64,000 bases of DNA from Candidatus Hydrogenedentota bacterium (GTDB lineage Bacteria; Hydrogenedentota; Hydrogenedentia; Hydrogenedentales; SLHB01): NCBI GenBank assembly GCA_963674865.2, contig CAXXYE010000003.1, positions 320,001 to 384,000 of the forward strand, in the 5' to 3' direction. The position numbers were made by a program, and so were the translations under genes. The notes under the pieces were generated by a model. It ran no database searches, had not been told where the DNA came from, and worked only from the letters and a program-made list of their open reading frames with translations. Within the stretch, counting starts at the first letter, position 1. Each line of letters starts with the position of its first letter. This document shows, piece after piece, positions 30,034 to 40,437 of the stretch.

Positions 30034-31065
30034 CTACCGCATGCGCAGCGTTTGGCCCTTGCCGATGGTTCCTTCCATGACCTCGCCGATCGAGAGCTTC
30101 TCCCGTACATCCGTGATCCTGACGCTGCCCGTCTTCTCCTCGATGACATCGAGAATTAGCCCCGTGTCCGGGTCCTTGATCTCTTTCGTTGCCTTGTAGC
30201 CCTGGAGCACCATGTCGGGCTTCATATTTCGGTTGCTGCCCGCGTTGATGTATACCTTGCCGCCTTCTGCCTCGGCCACGCGCGCGTAGAAAGGCACGCG
30301 CGCCATGTGTTCCGTGATGAAAGCGACGGCTTCACGGATGGCGTCCTCGGCGGCCTGAGCCAACGGCTCTTCCTTGGCGCCGGCCCCGTTGAAACTGAAG
30401 CCTCGAACATAGGCCCCGCCCGCAGCTGATTTCCCCGAGGCCGTACCGTCGGCGTTTGCCGTAGCGAGGACCTTGCCGGTTGTCGTGTCCACCAGCCGGA
30501 TATTCACCTTGACATAGGCCGTGTTCTTGCCTCCACCTAGTCGCAGGCGGCCGACGTGCGGCAGCGGAACGCCCACCCCGCCTCCACCGCTCGAAGCGTT
30601 CTGCTCGAACTGCGTCACCGCACCCATAACGAGGATGCTGGCGCCCAACAGGTCTCCCACCTTAGCGGCCGTCGCCATCGTGGTCCGGCCCTCGGCGGCC
30701 AAGTCTTGCTCATCGAGCACGTCGCCCAGCTCCGCCCGTTCCACCACGATGAACCGGCCCGTCTTCATCAAGGCGTCCGACAACATCGTCCCCAGAGCTT
30801 CCCCCGTGTCCCATCCGATACCCGATGTGCTCTTGAACTTCGTGACCGCAATGATCTTCTTCGGCCCCTCATAGACGCCCGCGGGAGACGCCTGATTCTC
30901 CGAAACGGCCCCGTCTGCCGGTTTATCCAGTCGCTTTCCTACCAGCTTGTTTCGCAAGCCGGCGTGCGCCGATTCGGTGAAACACCCGAGCAACACCAGA
31001 GCCGCCACGATACCTATCAGGCAAATCGCCTGTCCCACACTACGGTTGGCTTTCACAAGAACCAT
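30034..31065 (-). CDS. CsgG/HfaB family exported protein with a FlgT-C-like tail
   Basis: GPKKIIAVTKF, LMKTGRFIVVERAEL..VLDEQ, GAVTQFE, IRLVDTTTG and VYINAG. Confidence 0.82.
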   Translation of the reverse strand: MVLVKANRSVGQAICLIGIVAALVLLGCFTESAHAGLRNKLVGKRLDKPADGAVSENQASPAGVYEGPKKIIAVTKFKSTSGIGWDTGEALGTMLSDALMKTGRFIVVERAELGDVLDEQDLAAEGRTTMATAAKVGDLLGASILVMGAVTQFEQNASSGGGGVGVPLPHVGRLRLGGGKNTAYVKVNIRLVDTTTGKVLATANADGTASGKSAAGGAYVRGFSFNGAGAKEEPLAQAAEDAIREAVAFITEHMARVPFYARVAEAEGGKVYINAGSNRNMKPDMVLQGYKATKEIKDPDTGLILDVIEEKTGSVRITDVREKLSIGEVMEGTIGKGQTLRMR

Positions 31066-31584
31066 TGCCGGCCCTCCCTTATTCTATGCGGCTCGTGCGA
31101 GCCCCCGAACGGGGTCGCTCCCTCGCCCGTGTTTGCCATACTAAGCCGTCTTCCTCACAGCCACATAACGAGACTGCACGCATGGTATGCGGAACGGGCA
31201 TCTTACCTCAAGATCCTCGACTTGCCGCAGTCGCCGGGCAATTCGACTGTGCCGCGCACTCGGCACGTCGGATCGACTTCGTCTTTTGCGATGTTCTCAC
31301 CCACACCTATCAGGTTTAGGCGCCTGTTTTGCCAATACCTTCATTTCTAATGACTCAACGAGCGGCACAATTGGCAACACGGCCACCGGGACTTGGAGAA
31401 TCTCGCAGACTGGCCCGCAATCTCCTCGACACTGTGTCATCAACAAGTCCGTTTACGTCGGACGACAGGTGAGAAAAGCGGGGCGTGGACGACTGCGTGT
31501 GATACGTTCAGGCTACGCCACACTGGCGGCAAGCCATCAAACGCCCCCACCCCCACCCCGAAGGGCTGTTCCGGAGAGACGCCA

Positions 31585-32517
31585 TTACGCGTGCGGATGG
31601 CTGTCGCGGTAGACTTGTTTCAGCCGGTCGATGCTTACGTGCGTGTAGATCTGCGTGCTGGACAGACTCTCGTGGCCGAGAAGCTCCTGGACCACGCGCA
31701 GATCGGCCCCCGCGTTGAGCATGTGCGTCGCGAACGTATGGCGGAAAGTGTGCGGCGATATGGATTCGCGTTCCGGCAGGGCCTGACGCACGTACTTCTC
31801 GACGATACGCTGCACGCTGCGCGTGGTCAGTGGGCCGCCCCGCGCATTGACGAACAGGCAGGCGTGCTTGGCTGTGCCCAGTTGCCCGCGAATTCCAAGA
31901 TAGGCCCGGATAGCGTCCAAGGCGTAGGAGCCGAGCTGAGCGAGTCGCTCCTTCCGTCGCTTGCCAAGCACCGTCAGTGTTGCCCCAACCAAGTCCACGT
32001 CGCCCAGGCGCAGGCCGGCCAACTCCGCGGCGCGAATCCCACTCGAATAAAGCACCTCGAGAATGGCCCGATCTCGGATGCCCAGCGGCTCACTGATGTC
32101 GGGCGCCTCAAGAAGCGCCGTCACCTCCGGGATGGACAGGACCTCGGGGAGATCGCGGGAGAGTTTCGGTGATTTCACGGATTCGGCCGGACTCGCGGCC
32201 AGATCGCCCGAACGCACAAAAAAGCCATAAGCCGCCCGGATGGCGGCCAGCTTCCGCGCGGACGTCCGCGCCGAGCCGCCGGCTGTTCTGACATGGGCCA
32301 GGAACGCGCGGACATCATTGCGGTTGGCCGCCGCCAGGACCTCGAGCGAAGGGGCGGGCCGCTCCTCGCCGGACTCCCGTTCGAAGGCTGCCGGGCCCGA
32401 AGCAAGGTAGTCGCAGAATTGAGCTAGGTCGTTCAGATAGGCACGGAGCGTATGGGGGGACACATCGCGCTCCCCCTTCAGATGATTCACGAACCGCTCG
32501 ACGTCAGGCGAGAGCAT
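31585..32517 (-). CDS. xerC: Tyrosine recombinase XerC
   Basis: SPHTLRAY..DL, RDRAILEVLYSSGIR, SPHTFRHTFATH and LLGHESLSSTQIY; downstream of topA. Confidence 0.88.
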   Translation of the reverse strand: MLSPDVERFVNHLKGERDVSPHTLRAYLNDLAQFCDYLASGPAAFERESGEERPAPSLEVLAAANRNDVRAFLAHVRTAGGSARTSARKLAAIRAAYGFFVRSGDLAASPAESVKSPKLSRDLPEVLSIPEVTALLEAPDISEPLGIRDRAILEVLYSSGIRAAELAGLRLGDVDLVGATLTVLGKRRKERLAQLGSYALDAIRAYLGIRGQLGTAKHACLFVNARGGPLTTRSVQRIVEKYVRQALPERESISPHTFRHTFATHMLNAGADLRVVQELLGHESLSSTQIYTHVSIDRLKQVYRDSHPHA

Positions 32518-32585
32518 GGCTCAACGAATAAGCCCCGGCGGTTGTCAGTCCTATCCGGCGCATCACAGGCCCTTTGCTCCTTTTC

Positions 32586-34985
32586 TCAGTCCTGGTCGTC
32601 GTCCTCCGGCAGCGTCTCCTCATGGCCGCAAGCCGGCGCCGGACAACGCCGGACCGTCGGCTTACTCCGAGACCTGACGACCGTAGTCCAGGCGTGGCCG
32701 CACTTGGGACAGGGCGTCTCCTTGTCGAGTTGTCCATAGGCCGCGAAATCGCACTTGGGATACTGATCGCAACCGATGAAACGGCGCCGTCCCATCCGCT
32801 TCTCCACCAAGTCTCCTTCGCAGCCTGGCTGCGGGCACTTGAGGCCGAGCTCCATGGGCTTGGTGAAGCGGCACTTAGGATACTTCTCGCAGCCGTAGAA
32901 CGGCTCACCTCGACGGTTCTTGCGAATCAGGAGCGTCCCACCGCAATCCGGACAGGTCTGATCGGTTCGGACGGGCTCTTCCTTGGGAGGTTTCTCGACC
33001 TTGTTGCCGTGCTCATCGACGTTATGAGTTTGCTTGCACTTCGGATAGTTCGTGCACGCCATAAACCGGCCGAATCGGCCCGAGCGGATGACCATCGGCG
33101 CGCCGCACTTCTCGCAGATTTCATCCGTCGGTTCGGTTTGCGCCTTCTTCCGAAGGCTGATGCGCCCGTCGCATTCATCCTCCTGCTTGCAGCGCATGTA
33201 GGCGCCATACCATCCCTCGCGAAGCTCCATCTCGCCGCCGCACTTCGGGCACCGGACATCCTCGCCGATGGCGTCCTTCACCATCTTGCGTTGGGCAAGT
33301 TCGAGGTCCCTGGAGAAGTCTCCGTAAAACGCCCGGATAACCTCATGCCATTCACGATTCCCCTCTTCAACGTGATCCAACTCATCCTCCATCCGGGCTG
33401 TGAAGGCCACGTCCAGGATGTCGGGAAAATGCTTCACGAGAAGCTCGTTGACCTGTTCGCCAAGCTCGGTCGGGACAAGCCGGCCCTTCTCCCGTGCTAC
33501 GTAGCCGCGCTCTTGAATCGTATTCAGGGTGGGAGCGTAGGTGCTGGGGCGGCCGATGCCCTTTTCCTCCAAAGCCCGGATCAGGCTGGCTTCGGAATAG
33601 CGGGGCGGGGGCTTGGTGAAATGCTGATCCGAAGTCAGCTTGTTGAGCGAAGCCGACTCGCCTTGACTTATTTCCGGCAGCGCTTTCTGGCCATTTTTCT
33701 CCTCGACATCATTGTCCGAGGACTCCTCGTAGAACTTGGTGAATCCCGGGAATCGGACAATGGTCCCGACGGACCGGAACTCGTAATCGCCCGCGGCCAC
33801 GTCAACGGTGGTCTGGTCCATTACCGCGGGCGCCATCTGGCAAGCCACAAACCGCTTCCAAATCAAGGTGTAAAGGGCCAATTGGTCCTTATCCAGGTAC
33901 GGCTGCACCATCTCGGGCGTTCGCGCGGCCGCCGTCGGGCGGATTGCCTCGTGCGCGTCCTGCGCGTCTTTCTTGCTTCGGAAGAAGTTCGGCTTCTCCG
34001 GCAGCATGCCCGCCTCGAAGTTCTCGGCAATATACCGCCGGACCTCGTCAATGGCTTCCCCGGCGAGTCGGGTGGAGTCGGTGCGCATGTAAGTGATCAG
34101 ACCGGCGCGCCCCTCATCGCCTAGCTGAATGCCCTCGTAGAGCTGCTGGGCTATACGCATGGTCTTGCGAGGTCCGAACCGGAGCTTGCGCGAGGCATCC
34201 TGCTGAAGGGTGCTCGTGATGAAGGGCGGATAGGGCCGGCGCCGGACTTCCTTGCGTTCGACCGAACTCACCTCAAACCGGGCGCCCTCGACCGCCTTCA
34301 TTACTTCCTGCGTGTGCGCCTCGTCGGGCAACTCCGCCTTTTCGCCGCGAATTCGGTTGAGGCGGGCCGTGAACGATTCGTCCCGGATGGTCAGGAGCTC
34401 GGCGTCCAACGTCCAGTACTCGACGGCCACGAAACTCCGAATCTCGTTCTCACGATCGCACACCAAGCGCGCGGCAACGGACTGAACCCGTCCGGCGCTA
34501 AGTCCTTTCCGCACGCTCCATTGGAGCATGGGGCTGATCTTGTAGCCCACAAGACGGTCCAGGACACGGCGGGCCTGTTGCGCGTCCACGAGATTCGCGT
34601 CAATGGATCGGGGATGCTGAGTCGCTTGAACGACGGCCCGCTTTGTTATCTCATTGAAAACAACCCTCGAAATGGGCTTCTCAGTCTTCTTCAGAAGTTC
34701 AGCCACGTGCCAGCCGATGGCCTCCCCTTCCCGGTCCGGGTCGGTCGCGACCAATACCTGGTCGACCTGCTTCGCAGCGTCCGTCAGCGCCTTTACGGTT
34801 TTTGACGCGTCGCGAAGGCGGACGTAGGTCGGCTGAAAATCCTTCTCGACATCCACGCCGAGCTTGTTCTTGGGCAGGTCGCGCACGTGCCCATTGCTCG
34901 CCTTGACGATGTAATTCCGGCCCAGGAACTTGTTGATGGTTCTGGCCTTGGCCGGTGACTCAACGATAACCAGAGACTTGGCCAT
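32586..34985 (-). CDS. topA: DNA topoisomerase I with five C-terminal zinc ribbons
   Basis: LVIVESPAKA, ATDPDREGE, SAGRVQS, ITYMRTDS and GIGRPSTYA. Confidence 0.97.
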   Translation of the reverse strand: MAKSLVIVESPAKARTINKFLGRNYIVKASNGHVRDLPKNKLGVDVEKDFQPTYVRLRDASKTVKALTDAAKQVDQVLVATDPDREGEAIGWHVAELLKKTEKPISRVVFNEITKRAVVQATQHPRSIDANLVDAQQARRVLDRLVGYKISPMLQWSVRKGLSAGRVQSVAARLVCDRENEIRSFVAVEYWTLDAELLTIRDESFTARLNRIRGEKAELPDEAHTQEVMKAVEGARFEVSSVERKEVRRRPYPPFITSTLQQDASRKLRFGPRKTMRIAQQLYEGIQLGDEGRAGLITYMRTDSTRLAGEAIDEVRRYIAENFEAGMLPEKPNFFRSKKDAQDAHEAIRPTAAARTPEMVQPYLDKDQLALYTLIWKRFVACQMAPAVMDQTTVDVAAGDYEFRSVGTIVRFPGFTKFYEESSDNDVEEKNGQKALPEISQGESASLNKLTSDQHFTKPPPRYSEASLIRALEEKGIGRPSTYAPTLNTIQERGYVAREKGRLVPTELGEQVNELLVKHFPDILDVAFTARMEDELDHVEEGNREWHEVIRAFYGDFSRDLELAQRKMVKDAIGEDVRCPKCGGEMELREGWYGAYMRCKQEDECDGRISLRKKAQTEPTDEICEKCGAPMVIRSGRFGRFMACTNYPKCKQTHNVDEHGNKVEKPPKEEPVRTDQTCPDCGGTLLIRKNRRGEPFYGCEKYPKCRFTKPMELGLKCPQPGCEGDLVEKRMGRRRFIGCDQYPKCDFAAYGQLDKETPCPKCGHAWTTVVRSRSKPTVRRCPAPACGHEETLPEDDDQD

Positions 34986-35063
34986 TCAGATCCTTCCATT
35001 TACATGACAATGACGCCGCACTCCCTTAGGAGCGGGCGTCAAGCGTTCGGATTCCAGCCTCGT

Positions 35064-35522
35064 TCAGTGCAACGAGTCCCCTCGCCCCTCCATGACGGTA
35101 TAGATGGTCTGCTGATACTCCACATCCCGGACACTGCACACCAGCCAGGAGAGCGTGTAGTCCAGTTCGTCCAGGCCGACGACGCCTTCCATTTGCGTAA
35201 GGCGTTCGAGGAGCATCTCCCGCTCGGCGGGGCTGATAAGCTCATACATGTCCAGTCGCACGATGGCATCCCGGACATCAACACTGAGTTTGCTCGCTTC
35301 GAATTCAGAAAGAAGTCGCACGGAATGCGGACGGTGCTCGCTGACCTCCGCCGGACGCGTGAAGCGGGGACGCACCAACTTCATGGCCGCATCGATGTCC
35401 CGCTTGCTGTAGCCTTGCTGGCTCAACCATGAACGCAACCCGCTTTCGGACGGAATGTGCTCTGGGTCTTGCTGAATCTCGCGTAGGATTACTCCGACCA
35501 GCTTAACCAACGATGATTTCAT
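35064..35522 (-). CDS. smg: Smg/DUF494 family protein
   Basis: LRSWLSQQGYSKRDIDAA, SVRLLSEFEASKL, LISPAEREMLLER and C-terminal LH; upstream of topA. Confidence 0.75.
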   Translation of the reverse strand: MKSSLVKLVGVILREIQQDPEHIPSESGLRSWLSQQGYSKRDIDAAMKLVRPRFTRPAEVSEHRPHSVRLLSEFEASKLSVDVRDAIVRLDMYELISPAEREMLLERLTQMEGVVGLDELDYTLSWLVCSVRDVEYQQTIYTVMEGRGDSLH

Positions 35523-35579
35523 TCATTACTCCCAGGCCCTGCACTCGGAAAACAGCCGCAAACGCTTCCGCGCGCGTGT

Positions 35580-35608
35580 ATTGTAAGAGCCACGGCCTGT
35601 TGTGTCAA
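35580..35608 (-). promoter_or_regulatory. Sigma70 promoter of smg-topA-xerC
   Basis: Minus strand TTGACA-N17-TACAAT. Confidence 0.75.
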
Positions 35609-35741
35609 CCGTACGCCGGCCGTACGGAAGCACGCCCCATCGGCGCAGCTAGGCCGCAGCGGCCGCGCCAAGCGGGCAGCCCGGCGGCCCAGATGGCCTG
35701 AGGTAATTGCAGACGGAATCCGATCAAGTGCCACGGTGTGA

Positions 35742-35750
35742 TGTTATAAT
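35742..35750 (+). promoter_or_regulatory. Extended -10 promoter of the GAF protein gene
   Basis: TG-T-TATAAT. Confidence 0.45.
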
Positions 35751-35794
35751 GGGGATACTGGAAAATCGGTTGTTATGGCTGGAAACGGTAATAG

Positions 35795-36694
35795 ATGGAC
35801 GATTTAGAAAAAAACTGCGAAGAACTCGTCGCCGAGGTGCGCGCACTGCGTGAGCAAGTCGAAGACCTCCGCCGGTGCGAGGCGGCGCACGACCGCGTCG
35901 AAGAGCGACTCCTGCACAAGGAGAAGACCTTGCGCCAACTGGGCTCGAGGCTTGCCACCCTCGTGGAGGTGATGAACGAGCTTTCCATGACGGGTTCGGT
36001 GGACGGACTGTGTCGAAGGGCGGTGGAGCTTGCCCGAACGCGATTCGAGTTCGATCGGGCCGGGATCTGGTTCCGAACCGACGAGCCGAATACCGTTGTC
36101 GGGTCTTTCGGCGTGGATGAGACGGGAGAAATAAGCGATGAGCGCGTCTTGAAGCGCCGCGTGGACCCAGACGCGCCCGACGGCCGGGTTTTGTTCAGCA
36201 AAGAGCCGTTGGTGACGACCGGAGCCGTTAAGGTTAAGGAATTCGGTGATGCCAGGAATCTGCCGGAACAGGCGTTTGCGGCCATCTGGGATGGCGAGCA
36301 GGTTATAGGCCATATCAGTGTGGACAATCGACTGCGCCACGAGCCCGTGACGGAGGAGCAATGTGAATTGCTTCGGCTCTTCGGTGCGGCCATTGGCTAC
36401 CTGTGCACGCGCAAGCGGGCCGAAGAGGACAGGGAACACCTTATAGCCGAGCTGCAAGAAGCCCTGGCGAAAATCAAGTCCCTCAGTGGCCTGCTTCCGA
36501 TCTGCGCGGCGTGCAAACGGATCCGCGACGACAAAGGATACTGGGAGCAGATCGAGCGGTATGTTGAAGCGCATTCGGAGGCCGAGTTCAGCCACGGCCT
36601 CTGTCCGGAATGTGCCAGGAAGCTCTATCCCGGCCTGAAATTGTCGCAATCCGAGCCCGCCGAGGACGCAGGAGCCCGTTCCGAGCGGCGATAG
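35795..36694 (+). CDS. Coiled-coil + GAF domain protein with a C-terminal Cys/His (putative Zn-binding) module
   Basis: GAF (DRAGIW...VIGHISVDN...ELLRLFG); LLPICAACKRIRDDKGYW...FSHGLCPEC. Confidence 0.75.
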   Translation: MDDLEKNCEELVAEVRALREQVEDLRRCEAAHDRVEERLLHKEKTLRQLGSRLATLVEVMNELSMTGSVDGLCRRAVELARTRFEFDRAGIWFRTDEPNTVVGSFGVDETGEISDERVLKRRVDPDAPDGRVLFSKEPLVTTGAVKVKEFGDARNLPEQAFAAIWDGEQVIGHISVDNRLRHEPVTEEQCELLRLFGAAIGYLCTRKRAEEDREHLIAELQEALAKIKSLSGLLPICAACKRIRDDKGYWEQIERYVEAHSEAEFSHGLCPECARKLYPGLKLSQSEPAEDAGARSERR

Positions 36695-36707
36695 CGGACC
36701 ATCCGGG

Positions 36708-38102
36708 GTGAAGAACAAGTACCAAATGCTTGGGAGGAACATGATGGCGCGTTGTGTGAGGTTGGGATTCATAGCCGTGTGCGCATTTCTGGCGACGGCA
36801 GCCATGGCTGCCGATGAGCCCTTCGCCGCCACATGGGAGTCGCTCGACAGCCGCGTCTGTCCTGCCTGGTTTGACGAGGCCAAGTTCGGCATATTCATCC
36901 ATTGGGGAGTCTACTCCGTGCCGGCGTGGGGGCCGAAAGGCCGGTACGCGGAGTGGTATTGGCACGACATGCAGGACAAGGGCGGCGAGACTTGGGCGTT
37001 TCATGAGCAGACATACGGCCCCGGCTTCCGCTACCAGGATTTCGCGCCCATGTTCAAAACTGAGATGTTCAATCCCGACGAATGGGCCGACTTATTCGCC
37101 CGCTCCGGCGCACGCTACATCGTACTCACCTCCAAGCACCATGAGGGCTTCTGCCTCTGGCCCAACCCGCAAAGCTGGAACTGGAACAGCATGGATATCG
37201 GGCCTCATCGGGACCTCGCCGGGGAGTTGACGACGGCCGTCAAGGCGAAGGGACTCAAAATGGGCTTCTACTACTCCTTCTACGAGTGGTACAACCCCCT
37301 CTACCAGTCGAATGTCGAGCGGTATGTCGAGGAGCATATGCTGCCTCAGATGAAGGACTTAGTCAGCCGCTACGAGCCGTCCATCGTCTGGCCCGACGGC
37401 GAATGGGACCACCCAAGCGAGGTATGGCGAAGCACCGAGTTCCTTGAGTGGCTGTTCAACGAGTCGGCGGTTAAAGATGAAGTCGTCGTAAACGACCGGT
37501 GGGGCAAGGGGTGTCGCAGCCACCATGGCGACTTCTACACCACCGAGTACGGCAAGTATGCCGAGATGGACCAGATTGGCGCCCAACATAAATGGGAGGA
37601 ATGCCGCGGCATCGGTGCGTCCTTCGGCTACAACCGTAACGAAGGTGTGGACGACTACGCCTCGCCGGCGGCCCTCGTCCACATGCTGATCGAAACCGTA
37701 TGTCGCGGCGGCAACCTGCTCCTCGATATCGGGCCTACCGCCGATGGGCGTATCCCCGTCATCATGCAAGACCGGCTCATCGACCTCGGGAAATGGCTCG
37801 AAGTCAATGGTGAAGCCATCTACGGCTCACGGCCTTGGCGCCAGGTGGCTGAAGGCGACAACATTCGCTACACCGCGAGAGACGGCAAAGTCTACGCGAT
37901 CTGCCTGACCTGGCCCGGCGATGAGCTGGTTCTCGCTACGCCGCGGCCTGCGCCCAGCGCCGAGGTCCGCCTGCTGGGCTATGAAAGGCCGCTTGCCTGG
38001 CGGCTGGAGGACGGCACAATCTACGTGGATCTCTCCGGCATAGGCCCGGACGCCGTCACCTGCGAGCACGCATACGTTTTCGAGATGAAAAGCGTCAACT
38101 GA
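36708..38102 (+). CDS. Alpha-L-fucosidase (GH29)
   Basis: WFDEAKFGIFIHWGVYSVP, YAEWY, LTSKHHEGF, WPDGEW, VNDRWG and GGNLLLDIGP. Confidence 0.93.
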   Translation: MKNKYQMLGRNMMARCVRLGFIAVCAFLATAAMAADEPFAATWESLDSRVCPAWFDEAKFGIFIHWGVYSVPAWGPKGRYAEWYWHDMQDKGGETWAFHEQTYGPGFRYQDFAPMFKTEMFNPDEWADLFARSGARYIVLTSKHHEGFCLWPNPQSWNWNSMDIGPHRDLAGELTTAVKAKGLKMGFYYSFYEWYNPLYQSNVERYVEEHMLPQMKDLVSRYEPSIVWPDGEWDHPSEVWRSTEFLEWLFNESAVKDEVVVNDRWGKGCRSHHGDFYTTEYGKYAEMDQIGAQHKWEECRGIGASFGYNRNEGVDDYASPAALVHMLIETVCRGGNLLLDIGPTADGRIPVIMQDRLIDLGKWLEVNGEAIYGSRPWRQVAEGDNIRYTARDGKVYAICLTWPGDELVLATPRPAPSAEVRLLGYERPLAWRLEDGTIYVDLSGIGPDAVTCEHAYVFEMKSVN

Positions 38103-38250
38103 CCTGCTTCTCTCTCGGCACTGCGCCGAGACTGCGCGCATGTTCTGTCGTCTGCATCACGAACCTACTCTTGGTGGACCTGGCACAACGCCGCGTGGCC
38201 CTCACGCGCCACCTGCCATCTTCCTTGCCTTACAGGCCGGCATGTGATAA

Positions 38251-38266
38251 ACTACTATCTTGTAGT
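38251..38266. promoter_or_regulatory. Palindrome ACTAC-N6-GTAGT upstream of the sigma54 activator gene (candidate autoregulatory site)
   Basis: ACTACTATCTTGTAGT. Confidence 0.55.
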
Positions 38267-38312
38267 ATATGGTTTGCTTTCATACGTTGGCGTACTTTTG
38301 GGAGTCTAGGAT

Positions 38313-39890
38313 ATGTCCCGCAAGCCCTCGGGTCCTCAGTTTCGACGGGAAGTCAGCGAATTGGCGCTGCTTTTTGAGATTAGTCAGCTGCTCGATGAGA
38401 GCCTAGAGTTGCGCGATGCCTTCGGCCCCGTTCTTCAGGCTATTGCCGATAATACTCCTATGGTAAGGGGCACCTTGGCTCTGTATAGCCGCCAAACGGG
38501 GGAAATCACCATCGAAGCCGCCCACGGCCTGTCGCGGTCACAGCAGGAGCGAGGCCGGTATCGGCCAGGCGAGGGAGTGACGGGCCGCGTAGTCGAGACG
38601 GGCAGGCCCATGGCCATACCGCGCATCGCGGAGGACCCCATGTTTCTCGACCGAACGCGGGCGCGGAAGAATCTCAAGAAAGAGAACATCTCGTTTATCT
38701 GCGTTCCCATCAAGATCGGCCAGGAAGTTGTGGGGGCCTTGAGCGTCGATTCGCTTTTCGAGGACTCCGTTTCCCTTGACGAAGACGTCCGCCTCCTTAC
38801 CATCATCGCTTCCCTCGTTGCCCGTGCCGTTCGGGTGCGCCAGGAGCGTCTCGAAGACCGCCAGCGTCTGCTCGACGAGAACGCGCGGTTGCAGCAGGAA
38901 TTGAAGGATCGATTCCGCCCGGCCAACATTGTCGGCCGTTCAAGCGCAATGCAAGAGGTCTTCGACCAGATAAGTCAGGTGGCCAAGAGCAACGTTACGG
39001 TCCTTATCCTCGGCGAAAGCGGTACCGGCAAAGAACTTGTGGCCAATGCCATACACTACAACAGCCTCCGCGCAGAGAAACCTTTCATTCGAGTTAACTG
39101 CGCCGCGCTGCCCGAGTCCGTCATAGAAAGCGAGCTGTTCGGACACGAGAAGGGCGCGTTCACAGGGGCCGTGGCCCAGCGTAAGGGGCGTTTCGAACTC
39201 GCCCACCAAGGCACCATATTCCTCGACGAGATTGGCGATCTGCCCCCCGCCACTCAGGTGCACCTCCTCCGCGTTTTGCAGGAGAAGGAGTTCGAACGCG
39301 TCGGCGGCAGCGAGACGATTCGTACGGATGTCCGCGTCATTGCGGCGACAAACAGGGACCTGGAGGAACTGATGGCTCGCGGTGAGTTCCGCCAAGACCT
39401 TTTCTACCGCCTTAACGTGTTCCCCATTCGCGTGCCGCCCCTGCGTGAACGGCGGTCGGATGTTCTACTCCTCGCCGACTATTTCATTGAGAAATGCAGC
39501 AAAGCGAACCACAAGAACATCCGGCGCATCTCGACGCCGGCCATCGATATGATCACGCGGTATCATTGGCCCGGCAACGTCAGAGAATTGGAGAATTGCA
39601 TCGAGCGGGCCGTCCTCATGAGCACGGACGACGTGGTCCATGGGCACCATCTCCCGCCGACGCTCCAGACGGCTGAATCCAGCGGCACCATTATGCATGA
39701 AACCTTGCAAGGCAAGCTGGACGCTGTCGAGCGCGAGATGATCGTCGAGGCGCTCAAGAACACCCGGGGCAACATGGCCAAGGCCGCGAGCGCGCTCGGG
39801 ATAACGGAGCGCATCATGGGTTTGAGGATGCGGAAGCACGGGATTGACTACAAGCAGTACCGCACGAGGCGATTGACACACGCCAACTAG
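38313..39890 (+). CDS. NifA-type sigma54 enhancer-binding protein (GAF-AAA+-HTH)
   Basis: GAF ([15 protein letters not shown]), [35 protein letters not shown] and a C-terminal HTH. Confidence 0.92.
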   Translation: MSRKPSGPQFRREVSELALLFEISQLLDESLELRDAFGPVLQAIADNTPMVRGTLALYSRQTGEITIEAAHGLSRSQQERGRYRPGEGVTGRVVETGRPMAIPRIAEDPMFLDRTRARKNLKKENISFICVPIKIGQEVVGALSVDSLFEDSVSLDEDVRLLTIIASLVARAVRVRQERLEDRQRLLDENARLQQELKDRFRPANIVGRSSAMQEVFDQISQVAKSNVTVLILGESGTGKELVANAIHYNSLRAEKPFIRVNCAALPESVIESELFGHEKGAFTGAVAQRKGRFELAHQGTIFLDEIGDLPPATQVHLLRVLQEKEFERVGGSETIRTDVRVIAATNRDLEELMARGEFRQDLFYRLNVFPIRVPPLRERRSDVLLLADYFIEKCSKANHKNIRRISTPAIDMITRYHWPGNVRELENCIERAVLMSTDDVVHGHHLPPTLQTAESSGTIMHETLQGKLDAVEREMIVEALKNTRGNMAKAASALGITERIMGLRMRKHGIDYKQYRTRRLTHAN

Positions 39891-40102
39891 GCTGCGGCTC
39901 AGTCCTCTATGCTATAGGACCAGCCCGTTCATCGTGCCCGCTGCGGCGGTGTGCATTCAGTTGGGAGGGCGCCGGGCCAGTGAATTTCCCGAAGAGTTCG
40001 GCTTTCGAGCATGGTTCCCTGCGGTCTCGTGTTACCCTCATGGGGTTGAGCAACAAGCGGTTGAGGATCCGCCGCGCAACTCTGTGCATGGCACTCAGGA
40101 AA

Positions 40103-40147
40103 CTACGCAATCGTAATAACAAGAGCAATAAAGCCACGGTTCTGTAG
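40103..40147 (+). promoter_or_regulatory. Tandem candidate upstream activator sites for glnA
   Basis: CTAC-gcaatc-GTAA (40103-40116) and CCAC-ggttct-GTAG (40134-40147), 31 bp apart. Confidence 0.5.
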
Positions 40148-40269
40148 TTTTGTTGCGTATCCGGCTCGAATGTGCGGCCGCGGGATCAGATGACGCATAG
40201 GACTCGATCAGGTAATTAGGCCTTACTGACGCAATGATTCACGACAAGGTTCACGGACGCATAGGGAGT

Positions 40270-40285
40270 TGGCATGACGATTGCA
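40270..40285 (+). promoter_or_regulatory. Sigma54 (-24/-12) promoter of glnA
   Basis: TGGCATGACGATTGCA, with exact GG-N10-GC spacing. Confidence 0.8.
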
Positions 40286-40437
40286 AATGTTGCAGGAAAG
40301 CCCGTTTGCTGTCTTCCCTGACTCGGCGGGCGTCAACGTAAGGCACCGGGCAGTCCTTCATTTCAGGTGAAGCAGTGGATGGTTTCCCTTCCCGGCGCAA
40401 CGCCATCAACTTTGAAACGACAGGAGGAGTGAGCGCG

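Noticed and set aside
31066..31584. ncRNA or small gene in the 519-bp csgG-xerC spacer
   Set aside because: Only short GC-rich hairpins and no convincing ORF or family motif were found.
31585..32517. Prophage or island integrase
   Set aside because: It has XerC-type motifs in the housekeeping smg-topA-xerC context, with no phage genes.
38313..39890. nifA as evidence of nitrogen fixation
   Set aside because: No nif structural genes are in the window; the context points to glnA activation, so no gene symbol was assigned.
40297..40437. Glutamine riboswitch in the glnA leader
   Set aside because: I could not see the conserved motif; an Infernal search would be needed.
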